A stretch of 64,000 bases of DNA from Nanobdellota archaeon (lineage in GTDB: Archaea; Nanobdellota; Nanobdellia; Pacearchaeales; GW2011-AR1), in assembly GCA_038045765.1 (NCBI GenBank), contig JBBSXN010000005.1, forward strand, positions 226,144 to 290,143, written 5' to 3'. The notes below the pieces were generated by a model. The model ran no database searches and was not told the origin of the DNA. It was given only the letters and a program-made list of their open reading frames with translations. Below, piece by piece: positions 45,970-53,851 of this stretch. Within the stretch, counting starts at the first letter, position 1. The number at the start of each line of letters is the position of its first letter. Both the position numbers and the translations under genes were made by a program.

Positions 45970-46225
45970 CTTTTTCTTTATTGGCTATAATAAGATTTCT
46001 TAAGTAAATAAATAGGCCTGTTGACTGGCCTAGAATAAATATTGGATCTTTGATGTGAATTGCATAAGCTAAAAGGCCTAATCCTCCTGCTAGACTAAGA
46101 TACCAGAATGCTAACGGTATCGTTACTTTTTTGTTTTTTTCAGTTACTATCCATTGAACTAAAAATCTGGAGAAGAAACATAATTGTGCTAATAGGCCTA
46201 GAACTATCCAGAAGTTTATGTTCAT
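45953..46225 (-). CDS. LAB_N (lipid-A-biosynthesis N-terminal domain)-type small membrane protein
   Basis: WIVLGLLAQLCFFSRFLVQWIVTEKNKKVTIPLAFWYLSLAGGLGLLAYAIHIKDPIFILGQSTGLFIYLRNL matches the PF07578 consensus. It overlaps the start of the GT-C gene by 17 nt. Confidence 0.6.
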   Translation of the reverse strand: MNINFWIVLGLLAQLCFFSRFLVQWIVTEKNKKVTIPLAFWYLSLAGGLGLLAYAIHIKDPIFILGQSTGLFIYLRNLIIANKEKDGKRK

Positions 46226-46301
46226 GAATATGTTAAATTGTTTTGGTTTAAATAGTTTATATTGACTGAATATTTATATAGTTTGATTATTTAAATTAAT
46301 A

Positions 46302-47438
46302 ATGAGTGTTAAAAAGAGTTTTGGTAAGTATTGGGCTTTGTATGTTTTAATTGCTGTTTTGGTGGTGTTTTTATTTTTTAAGTTGAATGATGGTTTTATA
46401 ACTGGTAATGCCTCATTGAGTTCAGATAGTTTAAGTGACATTATTACTTCTAGAACTACTTTACAATCTAGTTTTGATAGTCTTAAGACTCAATATGATG
46501 ATAAGAAAGGCAATTATCAGGCTTGTATTACTAATTTAATAGGATTATATGCAGATACTGATGCTAGAGAGGATCCTGCTCATCAACAGGCAATATCTAC
46601 CGAGAATGAACGTTGTCAGGATTTATACAATGAGGCAAATGCATTATCTTCTAATTGTAACCAACTTGAAGGACAATATACTCATCTTCTAGAACGAACA
46701 TCTGAATATTGGTCTAATCTAAATAATTATTTTAATCAATTAAGTCAGAGCGATATTAATTTTGAAAGTGCTAAAAATGAAAAGGATACAGCTTATCAAT
46801 TTATTAATCAATTAGAGAGAGATCATAATTCGATATTATATTATTGTCAGAAGATTTTATCTTTAAGAGATCCTTGTACTGCACTTAGTTCGCAAGGAGA
46901 AGTTGAGACTGATACAGATTATGATAGACTAAATGATATATCTAATAATGTTAATCCTGATACTGAAGCTCAAGTTATAATTGATAGTTCTAATCCTGAT
47001 TTTGTTTCAGATAGTAATCCTTCTCAAAGTTCAGGTCAATTACCTGCACAAAATAATTTAGATGATTCTCAAGAATTAGATGTTGTTGATAATGGCGATG
47101 ATAGCCAGAATGTTGTTGAAAAGTTATTTAGTAATTTATTTAATTCTAATGATGACGTGAGTGATGATGATGCAAATAGTGCGAGTGATTCACTTAATTC
47201 TGATAATACTCAGACTAATTCTCAAGATAGTGATACTTCAAATTCAAATAATAATTTTAATTTCAATAGCTTCATTAGCTCCAGCAGTTCTAATGAAATC
47301 ATACCAAGTCCAACTTTAGCTTCAATTAATGATGTGCTTGAGATTATAAAGGGTGATGACTCAGAAGTTATAGATATCTTTCAACCAATTGAAAAAGCAC
47401 TTGGAGATTTACAGAATTTCTTTGATAATCTTAGCTAG
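46302..47438 (+). CDS. signal-anchored surface protein, mosaic family member D (C-like core, Ser/Asn/Asp-rich tail, conserved C-terminal 45 aa)
   Basis: MSVKKSFGKYWALYVLIAVLVVF. A TATA box lies at 46271-46280. The C-terminus SPTLASINDVLEIIKGDDSEVIDIFQPIEKALGDLQNFF matches member B. Confidence 0.6.
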   Translation: MSVKKSFGKYWALYVLIAVLVVFLFFKLNDGFITGNASLSSDSLSDIITSRTTLQSSFDSLKTQYDDKKGNYQACITNLIGLYADTDAREDPAHQQAISTENERCQDLYNEANALSSNCNQLEGQYTHLLERTSEYWSNLNNYFNQLSQSDINFESAKNEKDTAYQFINQLERDHNSILYYCQKILSLRDPCTALSSQGEVETDTDYDRLNDISNNVNPDTEAQVIIDSSNPDFVSDSNPSQSSGQLPAQNNLDDSQELDVVDNGDDSQNVVEKLFSNLFNSNDDVSDDDANSASDSLNSDNTQTNSQDSDTSNSNNNFNFNSFISSSSSNEIIPSPTLASINDVLEIIKGDDSEVIDIFQPIEKALGDLQNFFDNLS

Positions 47439-47459
47439 TTATCGTTCATTAATATCTAG

Positions 47460-47491
47460 TTATTAGCTGTTTTCCACATTAATTCAAAGTA
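47460..47491. repeat. 32-bp direct repeat copy 1 (ttattagctgttttccacattaattcaaagta)
   Basis: An exact 32/32 match to 48664-48695. It overlaps the stop codon of the MNT gene. Confidence 0.8.
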
Positions 47492-48062
47492 AACTTTTAC
47501 CATTTATTAGAATATCTTTTATAAATGGATCTGATTTGTTTTCGTTTATATCTTTAAAAGAGAAGAAGTGTAATTGAATATCTTTCTCGTTATTTTTTGA
47601 TATTTTTTTTATTAGATTCATTATACCTTTCTTTGTTTTTTCTATATTTTTAACTTTATCTTTTAAGATTATTGCGATATCTATGTCTGATTTTTCTAGG
47701 TATATAAGTTTGGCATAGCTCCCAAATAATAGAACTGAGTCAATTCCATCAATTTTTGATAAGTTATGTGAAATTTGATTCAAAATATTGAATATATTAT
47801 GGGGTAGATTAAAATATTTATATTCTTTTGATATAATATCGAATATCTCTTTATTTTTTTCTATTTCAAAGTTTAAACTGAACAAACCTTTCTTTTCGCT
47901 TATTAACTTTAAAGAATTTAATTTTTGCAGAGTATTATCTAATGGAGAGTTATACATTAAAGTCTTATTTTGTATCTCTTTTCTTTTGTATCTTGAGCCA
48001 GGACTAATTAAAAATAAAGATAATACCTTCACTAAGCTTTGTTCAAATAAATTAGATATCAT
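47484..48062 (-). CDS. minimal nucleotidyltransferase (MNT), second HEPN/MNT pair
   Basis: VLLFGSYAKLIYLEKSDIDIAIIL matches the GS...DxD motif. Confidence 0.6.
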   Translation of the reverse strand: MISNLFEQSLVKVLSLFLISPGSRYKRKEIQNKTLMYNSPLDNTLQKLNSLKLISEKKGLFSLNFEIEKNKEIFDIISKEYKYFNLPHNIFNILNQISHNLSKIDGIDSVLLFGSYAKLIYLEKSDIDIAIILKDKVKNIEKTKKGIMNLIKKISKNNEKDIQLHFFSFKDINENKSDPFIKDILINGKSLL

Positions 48063-48540
48063 TTTGTATATATTTATTAACTTTTTCTATATAAGGTTCA
48101 ACTGTATTTTTAAGAAAAGATGAAGATCTTTCCTTATATTTTTCTTTCATGAATTTTGTACCAGTATAATATTGAGCTTTTTGTCTTTCTTCTCTTGCCT
48201 CAAAAAGATCTGCAGCCATCTCTTCAAATTCTTTAAAACCTATTTTTAATAGTTCTAAAATATCTTTATCTTTTGTTATTTCTTCCATTATTTTTATTAC
48301 ACTTTTATGGACTTTTGCATCTACCTTTATATTAAATTTTTTAGCAAGAAAGAGCTTAGTTATATCATGCATTGCATAGTAACCAGAGATAATACTCCAA
48401 CGTGGGAATTTAATAAAATTATATTTACAGTGTTCTAGATTCTCTTTATATGCCTCTGAGAAGAAATTTGTATATCTCTCAAGCTCAGTTTCAACTATTT
48501 TATTTATAATTCCTTCTTTTAGATAATTCTCTATAATCAT
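48052..48540 (-). CDS. HEPN-domain protein, second HEPN/MNT pair
   Basis: 162 aa, helical, with a YYAMHD segment. It overlaps the MNT gene by 11 nt. Confidence 0.45.
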   Translation of the reverse strand: MIIENYLKEGIINKIVETELERYTNFFSEAYKENLEHCKYNFIKFPRWSIISGYYAMHDITKLFLAKKFNIKVDAKVHKSVIKIMEEITKDKDILELLKIGFKEFEEMAADLFEAREERQKAQYYTGTKFMKEKYKERSSSFLKNTVEPYIEKVNKYIQNDI

Positions 48541-48659
48541 ATCTTTCTAGGATTATGGGTGTTTTTATATCTTTCTATTTACCATAAAAAGAGTACTTTT
48601 AAGTATATTCTTCTCTTTTAATACCATTAATATGGTATTATATATACTAAATTGCTTTT

Positions 48660-49373
48660 TTAATTATTAGCTGTTTTCCACATTAATTCAAAGTATAGCT
48701 TATATGAGTCTGCGATGTCTTTGTTTTTTATAAGAATTGCTATTGGTTCTTTTGCCCAGAGGATAATAGCTACTTTATCTTTGTAGATGTTTATTGCTAA
48801 GGGATTGGCGTATTTTTCTTCTATATATCTTATTTCTGCTAAGGGAATACGTTTTATCTTTTTATCGTGTGTGATTATTCTTGTTTTTATCTTATTTTTC
48901 TTTCTTTTTTGATCATACCATTTAAAGTAGAATTGTAATGTGTTGTATGCTTGGCTATTGGCTCCAAGAATAAGAATTTCTTTTGAGTTTAATTGGTCTT
49001 CAAATATATTTTTTAGAGCTTGTTTTCCTTTGTAAAATAGCGTTTCTTCTTTTTCTTTCTTTTCGTCTAGCTTTTGTTTTAATTCATGAACTATTGGAAG
49101 CAAGAGAGCTTCCTTTTCTTGAAGGTTTTCTAATAGTTTGTTTGGATTTGTGGCTGAAAATATTCTCCGGTTGTTTTTTAACATATAGCCTATAAGACCT
49201 TTTTGAATGAGCATTTCTGTAATGTCATATACTGTTCTTCTATGAAGGCCAGTTAGTCTCGATATTCTTCCGGCTAAATTAGCGCCGTTATTTACTAATG
49301 CTAAGTATACTTTAACTTCATTATCTGTTAAACCTGAATCTTTTAGTTGTTGGAACATCTTGAAATTAAGCAT
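48660..49373 (-). CDS. TrmB-family transcriptional regulator
   Basis: N-terminal wHTH GLTDNEVKVYLALVNNGANLAGRISRLTGLHRRTVYDITEMLIQKGLI, and a C-terminal TrmB_C-like domain. Confidence 0.65.
   Translation of the reverse strand: MLNFKMFQQLKDSGLTDNEVKVYLALVNNGANLAGRISRLTGLHRRTVYDITEMLIQKGLIGYMLKNNRRIFSATNPNKLLENLQEKEALLLPIVHELKQKLDEKKEKEETLFYKGKQALKNIFEDQLNSKEILILGANSQAYNTLQFYFKWYDQKRKKNKIKTRIITHDKKIKRIPLAEIRYIEEKYANPLAINIYKDKVAIILWAKEPIAILIKNKDIADSYKLYFELMWKTANN
48664..48695. repeat. 32-bp direct repeat copy 2; here it encodes the C-terminus (..ELMWKTANN*) of the TrmB-like regulator
   Basis: Exact match to 47460-47491. Confidence 0.8.
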
Positions 49374-49401
49374 AAGGGGTTTTTAATTCTTTTCTTTATG
49401 G

Positions 49402-49417
49402 GGTGAGAATTATCACC
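49402..49417. promoter_or_regulatory. imperfect palindrome GGTGAgAATTaTCACC in the divergent promoter region of the TrmB-like gene
   Basis: Seen directly, with 14 of 16 positions symmetric. Confidence 0.3.
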
Positions 49418-49494
49418 TCATAAATTCATATTGACTTTTTCTGTTTGTTGATTATGAAAAACAAAAAAACACAGATGAAAGGAGGTGAATTGAA

Positions 49495-49974
49495 ATGGAT
49501 GAAAAAATGGAACGTGGAATTGTTGAATTGATTGCCTGGGATAGAATAGATATTCCTATATCTAGTTTAAGTGGAAAATTGAAGAGAGGAAAGCCAAAAA
49601 TTGGAAAAGACTTAGGTTTAGAAGGAAAATATAATGGGGAAAGAGCATATGCAAGAGTTGAAACTAGCAATGAACAGAAAGCTCGTGGAATGGCTGAAGG
49701 AATAGAAAAATTTTGTGATAAGTTTCCAACTGAAGGTAAAATCTTATCTGGATATATTGCTGAACAGAGAAAAGTAAGTGAGACACATCTTTACTTCGGA
49801 ATGAATGAAGGAAAAAGACTTACTGAGGACGATTATTCAGGAGTTCTTGTAAAGATGGGCTTTTCTGAAGGGATGGCTAGAAATATGTATCCTGCTTTAA
49901 TTGAAGCGAGTAGAAAGATATCTAAGGCAAGAGATGAAGAAAGAAGCGTAATGATTGGAAGCAAATATGTATAA
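49495..49974 (+). CDS. hypothetical protein (159 aa)
   Basis: It has good coding character, but I recognise no family. Confidence 0.4.
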   Translation: MDEKMERGIVELIAWDRIDIPISSLSGKLKRGKPKIGKDLGLEGKYNGERAYARVETSNEQKARGMAEGIEKFCDKFPTEGKILSGYIAEQRKVSETHLYFGMNEGKRLTEDDYSGVLVKMGFSEGMARNMYPALIEASRKISKARDEERSVMIGSKYV

Positions 49975-50174
49975 TAATTAGAGAGTTTTTATTTTTTATT
50001 TTTCTTTAATTTTAATATACTTAGTTAAAAGATTTATCATTATCTAAATATGATATTTATGTTGTTTGTGGATAATTTATATTATTTATGTTTGGTAGAG
50101 TTAATACTTTTAGAATCAGTTTATTAAAATACTAAATTGGTTAGTTTTTTATAGTGTTTTGCTGATAATTAGGT

Positions 50175-51542
50175 ATGAGTAAGCAGCAGATTTTAGAGGG
50201 AATGATTGGATTAGAAATACACGCCTATTTAGTTTGTAAAGAAAAGTTATTTTGTAAGTGTAAGGCAAGCAGAGAGAAAGGACAGAAAGAGAATATCTAT
50301 ATTTGTCCAATATGCACTGGAATGCCTGGCGCTAAGCCTATGATGCCTAATGAGGAAGCGGTAAAACAGGCTGTAAGAATTGGATTGATGCTTGGATGTA
50401 AGATAAATAATGAATTCATATGGAAGAGAAAACATTATAGTTGGCCCGATTTGCCTAAAGGATATCAGAATACCTTTTCTGGAGCTGGTGCTATACCTAT
50501 TGGTGAGAAAGGAAAATTTTTGGGAATAAATATTGGAAGTATGCACCTTGAAGAAGATCCTGCTTCATGGAATCCTAAAACTGGAGAGATAGATTATAAT
50601 AGGTCTGGATTGCCTTTAGTCGAGATTGTTACAGATCCAGATTTTTCAACAGCGGAAGAGGTTATGGATTGGGTGAGAAAGCTGACACATGCATTGTCTT
50701 ATTTGAAAGCTGTTGATTCTAATGCGGGAATTAAGGTTGATGTTAATGTAAGTATTCCTAAGAAGAGCGAGAGAGTAGAGATAAAGAACTTAAGCAGTGT
50801 AGAAAGTATAGGGAAAGCTATTGAATATGAGCTTATTAGGCAAGGTGAAGAAGGAGGAGATAAGAAAGAAACTAGAAGATATGATGATGCCAAAGGAAAG
50901 ACATTTGTTATGAGGAGTAAGGAAGATGCTGAAGATTATAGGTTTATTTCAGATCCTGATTTAGTTAATTTGTATATTGATAAGAATTTTGTTTCTCAAT
51001 TGGAAGAAAGTATGCCTGAGAGCCCAGATGAAAAACTTAGTAAGTTGATTAAAAAATATAAGATAGATAAGAAGAACGCAGAGATTCTTTCTAAAAATAT
51101 AGATATTGTTGAATTCTTTGAAAAAGTTGCTGAAAAAGTAGGTGCTGAGTTCGCTCTTTCATGGGTGAGTATCGAGCTATTGAGATTTTTGAATTATAAT
51201 AAAAAGAAATTACATGAAGTTGAAATTGATTTCGAGCATTTTGCTGAATTGCTTGGACTGGTTAAAAGCGGAAAGATTACTCCTCTTAAAGGAAAGGAGA
51301 TACTGAATAAATTCTATCCTAAGAGTTTTATGCCTAAGGCTGAAGGGAGTAGAATAACTGATGAGAAGGAACTTGAGAAGATAATTGTTAAAGTTATTAG
51401 CATAAATAGCAAAGCTGTTGAAGATTATAAGAGCGGACAGAAACACGCCCTTAACTTTCTAATGGGTGAAGTGATGAAGGCTACTGATAAGATGGCTGAC
51501 TTTGTTGTTGCTAGAAAAGTTTTAGAAAAGATGTTGAAATAG
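50175..51542 (+). CDS. gatB: GatB-family Asp/Glu-tRNA amidotransferase subunit B-like protein
   Basis: IGLEIHAYL, LFCKC, CPICTGMPGAKP, and a C-terminal GatB/YqeY domain (ALNFLMGEVMKATDKMADFVVARKVLEKML). Confidence 0.7.
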   Translation: MSKQQILEGMIGLEIHAYLVCKEKLFCKCKASREKGQKENIYICPICTGMPGAKPMMPNEEAVKQAVRIGLMLGCKINNEFIWKRKHYSWPDLPKGYQNTFSGAGAIPIGEKGKFLGINIGSMHLEEDPASWNPKTGEIDYNRSGLPLVEIVTDPDFSTAEEVMDWVRKLTHALSYLKAVDSNAGIKVDVNVSIPKKSERVEIKNLSSVESIGKAIEYELIRQGEEGGDKKETRRYDDAKGKTFVMRSKEDAEDYRFISDPDLVNLYIDKNFVSQLEESMPESPDEKLSKLIKKYKIDKKNAEILSKNIDIVEFFEKVAEKVGAEFALSWVSIELLRFLNYNKKKLHEVEIDFEHFAELLGLVKSGKITPLKGKEILNKFYPKSFMPKAEGSRITDEKELEKIIVKVISINSKAVEDYKSGQKHALNFLMGEVMKATDKMADFVVARKVLEKMLK

Positions 51543-51693
51543 AAAGTTTTATAATTTATATCTTATTGTGATTTTGATGAATAATATAAAAGATGACTTT
51601 AGTGATTTGTTGAAATATAGTGAAAAAGTGGCTGATAAACTCTGGAATAATGAAGAAGATCAAGTTTGGGATAAACTAGATAGTTTAAAATAA

Positions 51694-52815
51694 CTAATTT
51701 ATAGAATGCATTATTTCTATTATTGCTCCTACGATGAATATTAATGCTAGAATAATTGAAATTATCTTTGAATTTGGTAAGGAATATTCTGGTTTTCTAT
51801 CTCCTAGCTTTTGAGCTTTGTTATGCATTAATAATATTAGAATAGCTGTGAGGCCACCGGAGATTACTCCCCCTATCCCGAGAACTAAAATGAATGAGGT
51901 CTTTTCTATAAATGTAAGAATTATGAAAAGTATTAATGGAACTAATATTGTGTATAGCCCGGCTTTCATTTTATGCATTTCATAGTCAAAACGTAGATTA
52001 TCCATTAAAGAAATTGATAGTGAGAGATATGAAGTTAACATTGTTAATATGCCTAGGAATATGAATGGTTTGCCTAAAGAAAGAGTTGCAATTTCAGGTG
52101 TTGCAAGTCCTTTTACACCTAAAACTACCAACCCAAATATAGCATATACTACAAATGCAATTATATGTGCGTAAACAATAGTATTTTTCATTTTATCTCT
52201 TTCTTTTCCTAGAATTAATTTTACTTCAGTAATTGCTGTAAATGATTGATATGCAAATAATATGACTCCGAATGGTAAGAATGCATTTACTAGATTTATG
52301 TAAGTTAGATTATCAATATTAACTTCTGGAGTGTAAATGATAGTTATTAGAGAGATAATTATTAAGATTAGAAATACACTAAAAGATTCTCCCTTTTTAA
52401 GTGCTTTAATTCCTTTGTAAGTTAGGAATGAAAGAAATGCCCAGAAGATTAAACTTATTGGGAATGCATATTCTGCCGAGTTGAAAATGAGATAGCTAAT
52501 TGATATTCCTTCCGCTATTAAATAGGCTAGTATTGAAGAGTAAACTCCAAAAGCTACGCTGATAAACATTATTTTCTTTCCTAATTTTCCTAGATATTTT
52601 GAGGCATATCCAGTTAATTGGTGATTAGCTTTTGTTCTTAATGCTATCTCACCTAAATAGAGCATAGTTATTGAAATTATAATACCAATTATTAAAAGAT
52701 GAAGAAGGCCTATCGGAGCTCCTGATTTCATCATAACAAAAGGAATAGCTAGAAAACCAGCACCAATTATTGTACCTATCAATTCAGCCATTGCGAGATA
52801 TATTTTATCAACCAT
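51694..52815 (-). CDS. amino-acid permease-like transporter (APC/AAAP superfamily)
   Basis: 373 aa, ~11 TM. The N-terminus is AELIGTIIGAGFLAIPFVMMKSG. Confidence 0.45.
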   Translation of the reverse strand: MVDKIYLAMAELIGTIIGAGFLAIPFVMMKSGAPIGLLHLLIIGIIISITMLYLGEIALRTKANHQLTGYASKYLGKLGKKIMFISVAFGVYSSILAYLIAEGISISYLIFNSAEYAFPISLIFWAFLSFLTYKGIKALKKGESFSVFLILIIISLITIIYTPEVNIDNLTYINLVNAFLPFGVILFAYQSFTAITEVKLILGKERDKMKNTIVYAHIIAFVVYAIFGLVVLGVKGLATPEIATLSLGKPFIFLGILTMLTSYLSLSISLMDNLRFDYEMHKMKAGLYTILVPLILFIILTFIEKTSFILVLGIGGVISGGLTAILILLMHNKAQKLGDRKPEYSLPNSKIISIILALIFIVGAIIEIMHSIN

Positions 52816-52873
52816 CTTTTCTCTTTTTACAAACTAAGAAGATTAAAAAAGCTGGATATTTATAGTTAATTAT

Positions 52874-52945
52874 AGGCCCATAGTTCAACGGATAGAACAC
52901 AAGACTTCGGATCTTGGAATCGGGGTTCAATTCCTCGTGGGCCTG
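52874..52945 (+). tRNA. tRNA-Arg (anticodon TCG), no encoded CCA, followed by a TTTT run
   Basis: Folded by hand. Acceptor AGGCCCA/TGGGCCT. D-arm GTTC-AACGGATA-GAAC. Anticodon stem CAAGA/TCTTG with loop CTTCGGA. T-arm CGGGG-TTCAATT-CCTCG. Discriminator G. Confidence 0.8.
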
Positions 52946-52985
52946 TTTTGGTAAGATTTAATAATAAACATTAACTAGGTAATCT

Positions 52986-53399
52986 ATGAAAGAGAAAATG
53001 TCTTTTAAATATATTTTACAGATAGTAATTGCCTTTGCTGTTTTTTGGATATTAGATTTTGTTTTTCATTATTTCGGTGTAGGAGAGAGTAATTTTTATT
53101 ATCTAAGTAAGTTTGGCAATGCAGTTATTTTTTCAGTTTTGTGGTTTTTGGCTTTTCAATATAAGGAACATTGGAAAAAGATAGTTTATTCATTTATATT
53201 TGGAACATGGATTTCTTCGTATTATCTGTTGGCTTCGTATTCCGGTTTTGTTCAGTATTTTGGAATACCTGCTAGATATACTCCCCCTCCATTTGTAATT
53301 GGAGGAATTTACCTATCCCCTATTCTTTGGTGGTTCTTTCATGCAGGAGCTTTTTATTTAGGAATAGTTATTTCAGAGTTATTAGATAAGAAGAAATGA
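52986..53399 (+). CDS. small membrane protein, unknown function
   Basis: 137 aa, 4 TM. Confidence 0.35.
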   Translation: MKEKMSFKYILQIVIAFAVFWILDFVFHYFGVGESNFYYLSKFGNAVIFSVLWFLAFQYKEHWKKIVYSFIFGTWISSYYLLASYSGFVQYFGIPARYTPPPFVIGGIYLSPILWWFFHAGAFYLGIVISELLDKKK

Positions 53400-53400
53400 T

Positions 53401-53787
53401 TTATTCAGTTACAATAATTGTACCTTTCATAGATGTATGAAAATTACATCTATATTGGAAAGTTCCCGCAGTAGTGAAAGTGTGTGAATATGTTTGATCT
53501 TTGTTTAAAGTTTCTGAATTTAATTCAGAACCTGAAACTGAAGTTACTGTGTGTGGAGCTGAATCTTTATTTGTCCAGGTAACTTTTTCTCCTTTCTTTA
53601 TAGTTAGAGTTTCTTGAGAGAATTCAAATCCAGTTATTTCTATGCTTTTTTCAGATGATGTATCTTCTACTATATTTAATGATGTTCCTTTAGGTATAAC
53701 CTCTTTATTTGATTGATTATATATTACAACTCCAGCTATAAGAATAACCAAAATTATTATACCAATCACCCATGCTTTCATAGTCAT
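53401..53787 (-). CDS. cupredoxin (plastocyanin/halocyanin-like blue copper protein) with N-terminal signal anchor
   Basis: Copper-ligand pattern H (APHTV) ... C-x2-H-x2-M (RCNFHTSM). Confidence 0.6.
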   Translation of the reverse strand: MTMKAWVIGIIILVILIAGVVIYNQSNKEVIPKGTSLNIVEDTSSEKSIEITGFEFSQETLTIKKGEKVTWTNKDSAPHTVTSVSGSELNSETLNKDQTYSHTFTTAGTFQYRCNFHTSMKGTIIVTE

Positions 53788-53851
53788 TTTAACTTAATGT
53801 TGTTTAAATACTTTTTGAGTAATTTTTTAGTTCAATAATAAGATTTAATAA

